A stretch of 64,000 nucleotides of DNA from an uncultured cyanobacterium (GCA_963740315.1 CAVUDP010000001.1:64001-128000), one strand, 5' to 3'. Positions 30,564-41,539 are shown, counted from the stretch's first letter. Numbers and translations: made by a program. Notes: generated by a model not told the origin, from the letters alone.

Positions 30564-31985
30564 TCAAGTTAAATGCATAAATACCATTTTGAGTAAATCT
30601 GCACGAGTAAAAGGTTTAGTTAAATAGCCCGATGCTCCTACTAGTCTGGCTTTTACTTTGTCTACAAAACCTTTACTACCTGTTACCATAACAATAGGAG
30701 TATTTTTGAACTTAGAGTTGTTTCGTATTATCCGGCACAATTCATAACCATCAATTCCTTCCATATTTAAATCTAATAAAATTAAATCGGGCTGATGTCG
30801 AATAATTGACATTACAGCTTTTAAAGGATTATCGATGGTAACAACAGAGAAACTTTCATCTTCTAAAAAACGACTAATTTCTTTGAGCATTACCGGACTA
30901 TCATCTACAGAAACTATTTTATAAATTTTCCGTGGTGGTGCTTCCGTAGGAGTAGGCTGTGGATTATTTGGCTTTGTATTTTCAAGTTCAACTTGTTCTT
31001 TAGCAGGAGAAGGAGCAACCTGTTGAATTGTTACTTTATTAACAGGTATCTTCTGTTTTGGAGGAGCGCTTGGTTTTGGTTTAGTAGTTGTTTTTAACGA
31101 TTCTATTGTGTTAGATGTGTTAGATACAGCGTGATTATTAATAGATTGGGTTATTGGGATACTATAGGATATTTCACTATCAGTTTTTGGTAGTTTTTCA
31201 AAAGGTGGATCTGGTTCATGTAATAAAATTGCTCCACTCTGGATATAAGGATATAAACTCCGCGCTAACTGAAGTTCATCTTGATTCATAATGACAGCAA
31301 GATGACGGAGACTAAATCCTTTCATCCAATTGACTAAATTCGGCTGAATTTCAGATATTTTCTGGACTTGAGTTTTTGTATTAATCCATAAATAAGGACG
31401 TTGAAATGGAGAAGTAATTTGTGGGTTAAGTTGTTGCCAAAAATGCAATCTATCTTGAGAAACTAATAATAATTTTTCGGCATCAAGTCGGCAAATTTTT
31501 GGAGATAAAATTAGACTTTGATGAAATTCGTAAGTACCTTTTTTAATTAATAAAAATGATTCAACTACTTCTTTGACTAACTCTTGAATTAATATAGCTG
31601 CCTGTGTTGGATTCAAATATCTTTGGGTTACTAACCAGCAAATAGCTTGATAATCTGAAGGTTGTTGAGGGGATATTGATTCTGGTACATTTTCTACAGT
31701 TTGAACTGACTTCCGCAGCGAATCCGGTTCAAACATCATGCGTAACTGTACGCGAATTTCGCTGGTTAAAATCGGTATCTGAACCGAAAGCCGACGCAGG
31801 TGACGTTCAAGTCTATCGAAAGGTTCTATACTATGAGTTGCGTAAGCTATTTTTCCTTCTTCCAAATAAATCCACCAGTTAACCGAATTACTTTGAACTT
31901 GCAAACAAGTATTTTCAAAGCAACTAGACAAATGTCTTAACAAACTTAAGGGAGGCAATTTTGTGAAAGTTGCAAAATTATTCAT
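30564..31985 (-). CDS. PatA-family response regulator (PATAN + linker + receiver)
   Basis: N-terminal W.IYLEEGKIAYATHS..PFDRL PATAN pattern; C-terminal receiver VDDS...LLDLNM...YLTKPF. Confidence 0.85.
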   Translation of the reverse strand: MNNFATFTKLPPLSLLRHLSSCFENTCLQVQSNSVNWWIYLEEGKIAYATHSIEPFDRLERHLRRLSVQIPILTSEIRVQLRMMFEPDSLRKSVQTVENVPESISPQQPSDYQAICWLVTQRYLNPTQAAILIQELVKEVVESFLLIKKGTYEFHQSLILSPKICRLDAEKLLLVSQDRLHFWQQLNPQITSPFQRPYLWINTKTQVQKISEIQPNLVNWMKGFSLRHLAVIMNQDELQLARSLYPYIQSGAILLHEPDPPFEKLPKTDSEISYSIPITQSINNHAVSNTSNTIESLKTTTKPKPSAPPKQKIPVNKVTIQQVAPSPAKEQVELENTKPNNPQPTPTEAPPRKIYKIVSVDDSPVMLKEISRFLEDESFSVVTIDNPLKAVMSIIRHQPDLILLDLNMEGIDGYELCRIIRNNSKFKNTPIVMVTGSKGFVDKVKARLVGASGYLTKPFTRADLLKMVFMHLT

Positions 31986-32593
31986 AATCGATCGATAATT
32001 ACGGTAAAAAAGACAAAATATATGTAAACATGAATTGCATTAATTAAGATATTAAAGAGTAAGTATTCTATATTGTATAAATTTGCCCTCTTCTTACATG
32101 GATATATTACCAGCTAAAAATACTACATCACAGCTTAATTGTTACATTTTTTTTGACAGCACGCGAACTAATAATACATAAAATGAAAAGTTACCCCCAT
32201 CATTTTTGACAGGACTCAATTAACTCTCTTTTTAGTAAGAGATAATTATTGAATTGTCAGTATTTCATCTAATTAAGGTTTTTTCCACATATAATCTTTA
32301 AGTTTCCATGCGTGCATGAGTACTAATTTATTGTATTGTAGGTTTATTATGTATATAAACCGGATAATTTAAAGCCATTGTTAATCCACTTTCGGAAAAA
32401 TGCTTATAGTTTAATAAAATAACAATAAAGATATGTTCAACTTTATAGGTAACAATGCATTAGTAATTAGCGAACTATCGTTAAAATATCCATAGTCTAA
32501 AGTGCCACAACTATGGCTTCTTTAGGGCTTTAAACTATATACTTTGAACAACCGAAAATCAAACCTTAGAACTTCAATATAGCACCGAAAGTT

Positions 32594-33268
32594 ATGTCCG
32601 ATACCTTAAGACTAGACGAAGTAGTTGATTTCGCCGAGAACCCCGAACCTCGCTGCCCTTGCGTACTATTATTAGATACATCTGGTTCGATGCAAGGAGC
32701 GCCAATAGATGCTTTAAATCAAGGCTTGCTTAGTTTTAAGGATGAACTAACTCAAAACCCATTGGCATCAAGAAGAGTCGAGGTATCTATAGTTACTTTT
32801 GATAGCAATATAAATGTAGTACAAGATTTTGTGACTGCCGACCAATTTACTCCGCCTATATTAACAGCACAAGGATTAACTACTATGGGTGCTGGTATTC
32901 ACAAATCTTTAGACTTGATTCAAGAACGTAAAGGTCAATATCGCTCTAATGGTGTTGCTTACTATCGTCCTTGGATATTTATGATTACCGATGGCGAGCC
33001 ACAGGGAGAACCCGATGAAGTTGTGGAGCAGGCATCAATACGCTTACAGAGTGACGAAACCAATAAACGTGTAGCCTTTTTCTCTGTAGGAGTAGAAAAT
33101 GCCAACATGAGCCGCTTAACTCAATTAACCGTGCGTACTCCTTTGAAACTGAATGGATTGAACTTTGTTGAAATGTTTGTATGGTTATCTGCTAGTATGT
33201 CAGCAGTATCTCATTCCAAAGTAGACGAACAAATAGCTCTACCACCAATTGGTTGGGGTTCTGTTTAA
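32594..33268 (+). CDS. TerY/YegL-like von Willebrand A domain protein
   Basis: ENPEPRCPCVLLLDTSGSM (MIDAS), YYRPWIFMITDGEP, FVWLSASMSAVS. Confidence 0.9.
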   Translation: MSDTLRLDEVVDFAENPEPRCPCVLLLDTSGSMQGAPIDALNQGLLSFKDELTQNPLASRRVEVSIVTFDSNINVVQDFVTADQFTPPILTAQGLTTMGAGIHKSLDLIQERKGQYRSNGVAYYRPWIFMITDGEPQGEPDEVVEQASIRLQSDETNKRVAFFSVGVENANMSRLTQLTVRTPLKLNGLNFVEMFVWLSASMSAVSHSKVDEQIALPPIGWGSV

Positions 33269-33315
33269 TATAGTCCAAGTACAACAATTAAACAGCCCGA
33301 AATATTGGTAAGTTT

Positions 33316-34095
33316 ATGAACACTTCAAGACAAAAGCTTCACTGGCGGGTAGTGGGTGCATCAGTGTGTGGTACTAGCCACGTAAAGAACTCTCTACTGT
33401 GTCAAGATGCCCATCACTGGCAGATGTTGCCAGATAATATATTAGTGGCTGCTGCTGCGGATGGCGCGGGGAGTGCAAGTCTTGGGAAGGTTGGAGCAAT
33501 GGTTGCTGTAGAAGCGGCAATTGAAAATATATCCAAAAAGCAGATTGACCAACATACCCTTGCTTCAGATAACTCGGCTAGGTCATTATTAAGCGAAGCA
33601 ATTTTAGCTGCAAAAACAGCAGTAGAGGAAGAAGCAATAGCTTCAAACAGACCACCTAAAGATTTATCGACAACTTTAATTGTTGTCGTAGCCACACCTA
33701 ACGTTGCTGCGGTGGCTCAAATAGGAGATGGTGTTGCAGTTGTTAAAGATAGCATGGGTAATTTAACAGCTTTAACCGTTCCTGATAGTGGGGAATACAT
33801 CAACGAAACCAGCTTTATAACCTCACCTACCGCTTTAGATTCAGTGCAAATAAATGTATGGCGACAAGGCATTACCAATATTGCAATTCTTACCGACGGG
33901 CTGCAAATGCTAGCAATTAATATGGCTGTAGGTTTACCACACAAACCGTTCTTTTTACCTTTGTTTGACTTTGTAGCGAATGCTCAAGAGTTGAAAGGGG
34001 CGAAAGAGCAGTTAGTGAAGTTTTTGCGTTCTGAAAAAATCACTCAACGTACTGATGACGATTTAACTTTAATAATAGCAGCATTAAGCGATTAA
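33316..34095 (+). CDS. PP2C-family Ser/Thr phosphatase (YegK/PphC-like)
   Basis: GTSH...CQDA, ADGAGSA, QIGDG, GEYINET.F, TDGL, TDDDLTL. Confidence 0.9.
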   Translation: MNTSRQKLHWRVVGASVCGTSHVKNSLLCQDAHHWQMLPDNILVAAAADGAGSASLGKVGAMVAVEAAIENISKKQIDQHTLASDNSARSLLSEAILAAKTAVEEEAIASNRPPKDLSTTLIVVVATPNVAAVAQIGDGVAVVKDSMGNLTALTVPDSGEYINETSFITSPTALDSVQINVWRQGITNIAILTDGLQMLAINMAVGLPHKPFFLPLFDFVANAQELKGAKEQLVKFLRSEKITQRTDDDLTLIIAALSD

Positions 34096-34163
34096 TAAAT
34101 GTATTAACTTTCTTTTACGAACCGCAGTCAAATTTAAACAATAAAAAAAGTGTAATTTAGAAA

Positions 34164-36350
34164 ATGCAGGTACTACGCTGTCTTCCCGATCAACAAATTG
34201 TTCCGATGAACCTTAACGTCAGCTTGGGGCGTGGTGGTGAAGCGTGCATCTACACAGTACCATCAGATGCCGAAATAGTCGCCAAAGTTTACCACAAGCC
34301 CGATCTACAAAAGGCTCGTAAGCTAGAGGTAATGGTTCTTCACCCACCGTCCAATCCTACGGCATCTTTGGGACATATCTCGATTGCTTGGCCTTCCGAA
34401 TTAATTCGGGCAACGGATGGCAGCAATCAAATTATCGGTTTCATGATGCCTCGTATTCGGGGAATGCGTCCGGTTATCGATTTTTATAATCCGAGAACTC
34501 GCCGCCAGCATTGTCCCTTATTTAACTATCAGTACCTCATACGCACTGCTCGTAATTTGGCTGCGGCGTTTGCTGCTTTGCACCAAGCTGAATATTGTGT
34601 TGGTGATGTCAACGAATCGAATATATTAGTCAGCGATACGGCGTTGGTGACGGTGGTAGATACTGATTCGTTTCAAGTCCGAGATCCACAAACCGACATC
34701 GTTTATCGTACTCCGGTGGGTAAACCCGAATTTACCCCACCCGAACTACAGAACAAAACTTTTTCCGAGTGCGATCGCGCTATTCCCCACGACTTATTTG
34801 GGTTAGGGGTGCTGATATTTCAACTTTTAATGGAAGGTACCCATCCATTTTCTGGAATTTTCCAAAGCGTAGGCGAACCGCCACCATACGAAGCACGCAT
34901 AGCTAAAGGGCATTTTACCTACAGCGTCAATCGGCGCGTACCTTATGCTCCTACACCCATTGCACCATCTTGGGAAATTCTTCACCCCACTCTACAACAG
35001 CTTTTTGTACGTTGCTTTGAAGACGGACATAACAATCCCAACATTCGTCCCAACGCTCAAACATGGCTGCTGGCATTAGCTGAAGCTGAAGAAGCTCTGA
35101 AACGATGTCAAAAAAATCCCCAACATCTTTACAGCAATCACCTACATAAATGTCCTTGGTGCGAACGTAGTGCAAAACTGGGTGGAAGAGATCCTTTTCC
35201 ATCGCTTCAAGATGTTGCAACCAAGCAACACTTAAAACCTCGTCCCAAGGCAAAGCGGCGACGTACTACGACAACTCCAAGAAGGCGCACTGCTGCTACG
35301 GTAACAGCATCAAGACACGTTACTCATCGTCGTCATCTGCCGCAAGTCAGTCCAAACATTTCCTATTATCAGCCGAACAATAAGCCAAAATTTTATCCGG
35401 TTATCTTGTGCCTGCTTGGCTTTTTGACACTGGGCTATTTAGATATAATTACGAAATTTACAACATCGCCAGTTGAAGAAAACCAATACGCCCAGCAAAC
35501 TTTACTTAGCTCCAAATCAACTGACAGTAATAGAAGTTTTACAGATTATTACAAAGACGGTCGTGCTGCCTACAAAGGGCGAAAATATGAGGAAGCTATT
35601 ACTAATTTCGATCGGGCAATACAAAAAAATCCCGATGATGCAAAGGCTTATGTCAATCGTGGCAATTCACATTACAACTTAAAAGAATATGAAGCAGCCC
35701 TTACAGACTACACTCATGCCGTTCAATTAAATCCAAACGAAATCAAAGCTTTTGTCAATCGCGGTAACGTTCGCTATATGCTTGCCGAATATAGCAGCGA
35801 TCCTGACAAAGAATATAAATTGGCAATTGAGGACTACAATCGGGCGCTAAGAATTGACCGTGACGAGGTAGAAGCTTACATCAGACGGGGTATCGTCCGT
35901 TCTCAAATAGCTAAATTCAGCGGTGATTCCCAAAAAGATTATTTAAGAGCTATTGACGATTTTAATCGAGCATTAAAAATTAATTCTTCCAGACCAGAAG
36001 CTTTTTATCAAAGAGGTCTAGTTCGCTATCAATTAGCTCAGTATAGCAGTAACTTCGAGCAAGAATACAAGAAAGCCCTTGAAGATTTTAATCAAGCATT
36101 AAACATTAATTCCAAATTACCTAGAGTGTATTTAAAGCGAGGTTTAGTTCGTTATGAACTTGCACAGTATGGCGGAGGTGAATCTAGTACATACCGTCAG
36201 CAAGCAATAGAAGATTTACAAAAAGCAGCTAGAATTTCCCTCGAAAAAGATGATATGGATAATTATCAACAAGCACTTAGCAGCATCTGCGTTGTTGTTG
36301 ACAACAAATGCGATACTTTATTTCAGAAAACCAGCGTCATAGCGCAATAA
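34164..36350 (+). CDS. YegI-like Ser/Thr kinase with Zn-ribbon, transmembrane helix and C-terminal TPR repeats
   Basis: GRGGEA, AKVY, GDVNESNILV, DTDS, GKPEFTPPE, GTHPF; C..NPQH....CPWC; TM VILCLLGFLTLGYLDII; AYVNRG TPRs. Confidence 0.88.
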   Translation: MQVLRCLPDQQIVPMNLNVSLGRGGEACIYTVPSDAEIVAKVYHKPDLQKARKLEVMVLHPPSNPTASLGHISIAWPSELIRATDGSNQIIGFMMPRIRGMRPVIDFYNPRTRRQHCPLFNYQYLIRTARNLAAAFAALHQAEYCVGDVNESNILVSDTALVTVVDTDSFQVRDPQTDIVYRTPVGKPEFTPPELQNKTFSECDRAIPHDLFGLGVLIFQLLMEGTHPFSGIFQSVGEPPPYEARIAKGHFTYSVNRRVPYAPTPIAPSWEILHPTLQQLFVRCFEDGHNNPNIRPNAQTWLLALAEAEEALKRCQKNPQHLYSNHLHKCPWCERSAKLGGRDPFPSLQDVATKQHLKPRPKAKRRRTTTTPRRRTAATVTASRHVTHRRHLPQVSPNISYYQPNNKPKFYPVILCLLGFLTLGYLDIITKFTTSPVEENQYAQQTLLSSKSTDSNRSFTDYYKDGRAAYKGRKYEEAITNFDRAIQKNPDDAKAYVNRGNSHYNLKEYEAALTDYTHAVQLNPNEIKAFVNRGNVRYMLAEYSSDPDKEYKLAIEDYNRALRIDRDEVEAYIRRGIVRSQIAKFSGDSQKDYLRAIDDFNRALKINSSRPEAFYQRGLVRYQLAQYSSNFEQEYKKALEDFNQALNINSKLPRVYLKRGLVRYELAQYGGGESSTYRQQAIEDLQKAARISLEKDDMDNYQQALSSICVVVDNKCDTLFQKTSVIAQ

Positions 36351-36456
36351 CAGCGATCGCTCGGATATAGAATAATTTTTATTGTTATTAACTGATACAT
36401 TAATATGGTTAAAGTTGATAATTAATAATAGGAAATTAGGTAATCTTTTTATTCAA

Positions 36457-36510
36457 TTAATTAGCGCGGATACGATGTTATTTCGTATCCGCGCTAATTA
36501 ACTTTTCTTT
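36457..36510 (+). terminator. 19-bp perfect hairpin with a U-rich tail after the kinase gene
   Basis: TTAATTAGCGCGGATACGA / TCGTATCCGCGCTAATTAA then CTTTTCTTT. Confidence 0.65.
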
Positions 36511-37704
36511 GGTTCTCAGTTTAATCTAATAAAAAATAGATTTATAGTGCTATTCCCTTTCTCTGCTTACTCTGCGTCTAGTAAGGTTTTTTGAACGGTA
36601 ATTTTTGAGCGGGATAGAAGTAAGTACGTATTAAAAACCTTAAATCGGGGAAGGATCTGGTTATACCTGTCGCATTATTGATTAAAAACCATTAAAGTTC
36701 AATCGGATAAGTACGTCGCCGCCCTCAAATTGTAATTATGACGAGGGAATAGGCAGTAGGGGTAAAGCTATAAAAATATTTTAAACAAATACGATCCAAA
36801 ACTCTTATTCCCGCTTTTTTTCAGAGGGTAGAGGGTTCCGGTTCCATGATTATCTCTTCTTATTTCAAGTTCTGATAAACACTTATATTTTACTTGTTGA
36901 AATATGTACTTTTGTTTACACCCATTTTGTAAGAGTACTAAGTAAAATAAGCTGGATAGATTTACTACATTATTTGATTCCCTGTTATTTATTACTTACT
37001 ATATTGTTTGCGATCGCATCGTAATTATGCAAAAATGCTTTATTTACTGGTTTGTTCTTATCTGCTATACCGTAACAATACTTCTTACTTGGAATATAGG
37101 CAAAACTGACGTTCAAATAGTTGAGACTAATCAATTTAAAACTTCTGCTCTAAAATTGTTCGGAACGAAAGTGACAAATAAATATAGAGTCGTTTCGCAC
37201 ATCCGATTATTCTTTAAACGTGCGAACAAAATAGAGCATATCAAGGGTATTAGGGCGAAAATAAGCTCAAAACCTATATTTACACAAGAAAAGAGATTTT
37301 TCAATTTAATTTTTTGCAGAGAATAATACGTAAGAATCCGAACTTGATATAATAACTATTTAAACAAGCACCGTAGAAAATTTATCCACAACTTATAGAT
37401 TAATTTTATATATTTTATATATCAAATTATTTTTATATAACTTTATTTGCACTTAGCTTTATTAAAACAAATAAACTTATTTGATGCGTTTTTTTCTGGT
37501 AAAATTAAAAGTTTTGAATTGTCCTTTTGTCGTAAAATCAAGCTTTTTCATTTTTTCACAGACAAAACAGCTATATTTATCTACCCTTTACAATTTACAG
37601 TAAAAATACGGTTAGATTGTATACTGAGAAATCAAAAGCTTTTCTCAAATTGAATCATCAGAGAATTATTCAATCATCTACCTACAAAATTAGAGGCAGT
37701 TTTT

Positions 37705-38478
37705 ATGAAAGCAGTAATTTTGGCTGGAGGTCTTGGTACGCGCTTAAGTGAAGAAACTAGCGTTAGACCTAAGCCGATGGTAGAAATTGGTGGTAAGCCA
37801 ATTCTTTGGCACATCATGAAAATTTATTCTGCACACGGTATTAATGACTTTATTATCTGCTGTGGTTATAAAGGATACGTGATTAAGGAGTATTTTGCTA
37901 ACTACTTCTTACATATGTCGGACGTAACCTTTGATATGCGGTTTAACCAAATGAACGTACATTCTGGTTATGCCGAACCTTGGCGCGTCACCTTGGTAGA
38001 TACAGGCGATAATACTTTGACAGGCGGACGATTAAAGCGAGTCAGAGAGCATATTGGTAACGAAACTTTTTGCTTTACTTACGGTGATGGCGTTAGTAAC
38101 GTAAATATCACCAACCTCATAAAATTCCATAAAGAACAAAAAACTTTAGCAACTTTAAGCGCAGTACAGCCACCAGGACGTTTTGGTGCCATTGTTCTAG
38201 GACAAGAGCAAACTAAGATTACTAACTTCCGAGAAAAACCAGAAGGAGACAACGCTTGGATTAATGGTGGTTTTTTTGTATTAGAACCTCAAGTAATTGA
38301 TTTTATTGAAGGTGACTCTACTATTTGGGAAAAAGAACCATTAGAAAAGCTGGCTGACATGGAACAGCTATCTGCTTACAAACATGATGGCTTTTGGCAA
38401 CCAATGGATACTTTACGAGATAAAAAATATTTAGAAAACTTTTGGAAGAGTGACGAAGCTCCTTGGAAGGTTTGGTAA
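37705..38478 (+). CDS. rfbF: Glucose-1-phosphate cytidylyltransferase
   Basis: [40 protein letters not shown]. Confidence 0.95.
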   Translation: MKAVILAGGLGTRLSEETSVRPKPMVEIGGKPILWHIMKIYSAHGINDFIICCGYKGYVIKEYFANYFLHMSDVTFDMRFNQMNVHSGYAEPWRVTLVDTGDNTLTGGRLKRVREHIGNETFCFTYGDGVSNVNITNLIKFHKEQKTLATLSAVQPPGRFGAIVLGQEQTKITNFREKPEGDNAWINGGFFVLEPQVIDFIEGDSTIWEKEPLEKLADMEQLSAYKHDGFWQPMDTLRDKKYLENFWKSDEAPWKVW

Positions 38479-38584
38479 ATAACGGTTGAGCTATAAGTTA
38501 TGGGTTCTTAATGATAAACTCGTAACTTTTCACTTCAAATTCAAAATTTTGATTACTTTAGTTACAGGGGAGCCGATTTAAAAA

Positions 38585-39802
38585 ATGTATGATTTCGCAA
38601 TTATAGGTGGGGGTATAGTCGGTCTTTCTACCAGCATGGCTTTAGCAGAACGCTATCCACAAGCAAGAATTTTGGTTTTGGAAAAAGAAAACCAAGTAGC
38701 GTTTCACCAAACTGGTAATAATAGCGGTGTGATTCACTCAGGTATTTATTATAAACCTGGTAGCTTCAAAGCTAAGTTTTCCCGCGATGGTTGTCGTTCG
38801 ATGGTGCAATTTTGCCAGGAACACAACATTGACCATGAAGTCTGCGGTAAAGTTATTGTGGCAACTTCTGCTGAAGAACTTCCTCGTTTAGAAAACCTTT
38901 ACAAGCGAGGCTTGGAAAATGGTTTAGATGTAAAAAGAATTACCAGTGAAGAAGTTAAAGAAATTGAACCCCACGTAGCCAGTGTTGCTGGAATTTGGGT
39001 AGCATCAACTGGAATTGTTAATTATAAGCAAGTTTGCCAGAAATACGCTGAAATTATTCTAAAAGGCGGCGGCGAAATCAAATTCAACACTAAAGTTGAA
39101 AAAATAGTTAGTAGCGGTAAAAATTGGGTTTTAGAAACCTCGGACGGCAGTTTTGAAACTCATTTCGTAATCAACTGCGCCGGATTGTATTCCGACCGTG
39201 TAGCCAAATTAGGTAACGTCGATCCCCAAGCCAAGATTATACCTTTTCGGGGTGAATATTACGAACTGACTCCGGAAAAACGTCATTTGGTTAAAGGTTT
39301 AATTTATCCAGTTCCCAACCCAGATTTTCCCTTCCTTGGCGTTCACTTCACCCGGATGATAGACGGTACCGTTCACGCCGGACCAAACGCGGTACTTAGT
39401 ATGAAGCGTGAAGGTTATAAAAAAACAGATTTTAATTTAGGCGATTTTGCGGAAGTAATGAGTTATCCAGGCTTCTGGAAATTAGCAGCGAAACACTCAA
39501 ATGAAGGAATCAAGGAAATTATTCGATCCTTTAGTAAAGCAGCCTTTGTGAAAAGTATGCAAAAGCTGATCCCTGAAGTTACAGCGTCCGATGTAGTTCC
39601 TACCCACGCCGGAGTTCGCGCTCAGGCTTTGATGAACGACGGTAAATTAGTAGACGACTTTTTGATTGTCAAAGGTCAAAACTCCGTTCATGTGTGCAAC
39701 GCTCCTTCTCCGGCAGCTACTTCTTCTATCGAAATTGGTAAAGCTGTAGCCGCAGAAATTCCAGAACAACTACATCTGAAATTAGCGGCAGTTAATTGCT
39801 AA
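38585..39802 (+). CDS. lhgO: L-2-hydroxyglutarate oxidase-like FAD oxidoreductase
   Basis: GGGIVG, HQTGNNSGVIHSGIYY.PGS, NAPSPAATSS. Confidence 0.88.
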   Translation: MYDFAIIGGGIVGLSTSMALAERYPQARILVLEKENQVAFHQTGNNSGVIHSGIYYKPGSFKAKFSRDGCRSMVQFCQEHNIDHEVCGKVIVATSAEELPRLENLYKRGLENGLDVKRITSEEVKEIEPHVASVAGIWVASTGIVNYKQVCQKYAEIILKGGGEIKFNTKVEKIVSSGKNWVLETSDGSFETHFVINCAGLYSDRVAKLGNVDPQAKIIPFRGEYYELTPEKRHLVKGLIYPVPNPDFPFLGVHFTRMIDGTVHAGPNAVLSMKREGYKKTDFNLGDFAEVMSYPGFWKLAAKHSNEGIKEIIRSFSKAAFVKSMQKLIPEVTASDVVPTHAGVRAQALMNDGKLVDDFLIVKGQNSVHVCNAPSPAATSSIEIGKAVAAEIPEQLHLKLAAVNC

Positions 39803-39855
39803 TAGATTCGTAAAAAATCTCAATCCGAATGATAAATAATTAATAGGAGTTATTG

Positions 39856-40887
39856 ATGATGAAAATTCTCGTTACTGGTACAGAAGGTTATCTCGGTTGT
39901 TTGTTAGCTCCCTTATTAATAGAAAAGGGACATGAAGTAATTGGTGTAGACACTGGCTATTATAAAAATGGCTGGTTGTACAACGGTACCCAAACTACCG
40001 CTAAAACTTTAAATAAAGATATCCGCCATATCACCTTGGAGGATTTACAAGGTGTGGAAGCTATAGTTCACATGGCTGAACTATCCAACGATCCAACCGG
40101 ACAATTATCACCAACTATTACTTACGATATCAATCATGTAGGTTCGGTTCGTCTTGCTAAGCTAGCGAAACAAGCGGGTGTACGTCGCTTCGTATATATG
40201 TCTTCCTGTAGCGTTTATGGTGTTGCTACTGAGGGTGATGTTACCGAGGAATCCCCGGTTAACCCGCAAACTGCTTATGCAGAATGCAAAACTATGGTAG
40301 AAAGAGATGTCAAACCGCTCGCCAGCGATGATTTTTCCCCTACCTTTATGCGAAATGCAACTGCTTTCGGTGCTTCCCCAAGAATGCGTTTTGATATTGT
40401 TTTAAATAACTTAGCTGGTTTGGCATGGACTACCAAAGAAATCAAAATGACCAGCGATGGTACCCCTTGGCGACCTTTAGTTCATGCTCTAGATATTTCT
40501 AAAGCTATTATTTGTGCTTTGGAAGCTCCTCGCGACATCGTACACAACCAAATATTTAACGTCGGAGATACTGCTAATAATTATCGAGTTAAGCAAATAG
40601 CTGAATTTGTTGCCCAAGCATTTCCTGGATGTAAATTGAGCTTTGGCGATAACGCTTCCGATAATCGCAGCTATCGAGTATCTTTTGCAAAAATCAATAC
40701 TGTTTTACCTGGTTTTAAATGCGATTGGGATGCACGTTTGGGAGCCAAACAGTTATTTGATGTTTTTAGTCAAATTGATATGAGTGAGGAAACATTTTTC
40801 TCTAGAGGCTTTACCCGTTTGAAGCAATTAGAATATTTGATTCGCACCCAACAAATCGACAAAGATTTCTTTTGGGCTAAGCAGTAA
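39856..40887 (+). CDS. NAD-dependent nucleotide-sugar epimerase/dehydratase
   Basis: VTGTEGYLG, SSCSVYG, YxxxK (YAECK); ATG after AGGAG RBS. Confidence 0.9.
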   Translation: MMKILVTGTEGYLGCLLAPLLIEKGHEVIGVDTGYYKNGWLYNGTQTTAKTLNKDIRHITLEDLQGVEAIVHMAELSNDPTGQLSPTITYDINHVGSVRLAKLAKQAGVRRFVYMSSCSVYGVATEGDVTEESPVNPQTAYAECKTMVERDVKPLASDDFSPTFMRNATAFGASPRMRFDIVLNNLAGLAWTTKEIKMTSDGTPWRPLVHALDISKAIICALEAPRDIVHNQIFNVGDTANNYRVKQIAEFVAQAFPGCKLSFGDNASDNRSYRVSFAKINTVLPGFKCDWDARLGAKQLFDVFSQIDMSEETFFSRGFTRLKQLEYLIRTQQIDKDFFWAKQ

Positions 40888-40987
40888 AAATACTAGTCTC
40901 ATATATTTTATCTAAATAAAACAGGCACGGGTATTTACTTAACCGTACCCAAACATCCAAAAATCAAATCATTCTCCAACCGTTGCC

Positions 40988-41539
40988 ATGATTTTTACCG
41001 AAACCGAACTTCAAGGATCTTACACCATCGATTTAGAAGAAAAGCACGATACTCGTGGCTTTTTTGCTCGTACTTTTTGCGCCAAAGAACTCGAAGCGCA
41101 TGGTTTAAAGCCAGTAGTTGCTCAATGTAATTTATCCTTTAACCACAAAAAAGGTACTTTGCGGGGGATGCACTATCAAGTAGATCCAGCTGCCGAAACA
41201 AAAATAGTTCGCTGTACTAAAGGTGCTATTTACGACGTAATTATTGATATGCGTCCCGAATCCCCTACTTATTTACAGCATTTCGGTGTCGAATTATCGG
41301 CAGATAACCACCGTGCTTTATACGTACCGGAAATGTTTGCTCACGGCTACCAAGCACTGACTGATGGCTGTGAAGTTATGTACATGGTGGGTGAATTTTA
41401 TACCCCTGGATACGAGAAGGGTTTGCGTTATGACGACCCATTTTTTAACATCCAATGGCCCCTCGAAGCAACAGAAATGTCTGAAAAAGATACTAAGTGG
41501 CCCTTAATGAGAATGATGAGCGTTGGTAATGCTTCCTAA
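40988..41539 (+). CDS. rfbC: dTDP-4-dehydrorhamnose 3,5-epimerase family protein
   Basis: DTRGFF, GTLRGMHYQ, FAHGYQAL. Confidence 0.9.
   Translation: MIFTETELQGSYTIDLEEKHDTRGFFARTFCAKELEAHGLKPVVAQCNLSFNHKKGTLRGMHYQVDPAAETKIVRCTKGAIYDVIIDMRPESPTYLQHFGVELSADNHRALYVPEMFAHGYQALTDGCEVMYMVGEFYTPGYEKGLRYDDPFFNIQWPLEATEMSEKDTKWPLMRMMSVGNAS

Noticed and set aside
37382..37390. Perfect DnaA box TTATCCACA (and TTTTCCACA at 32281-32289)
   Set aside because: Isolated single boxes with no cluster and no dnaA/dnaN context; expected by chance
37027..37653. ORFs 37027..37326 and 37447..37653
   Set aside because: AT-rich, no recognisable motifs and no clear RBS; probably promoter-region noise
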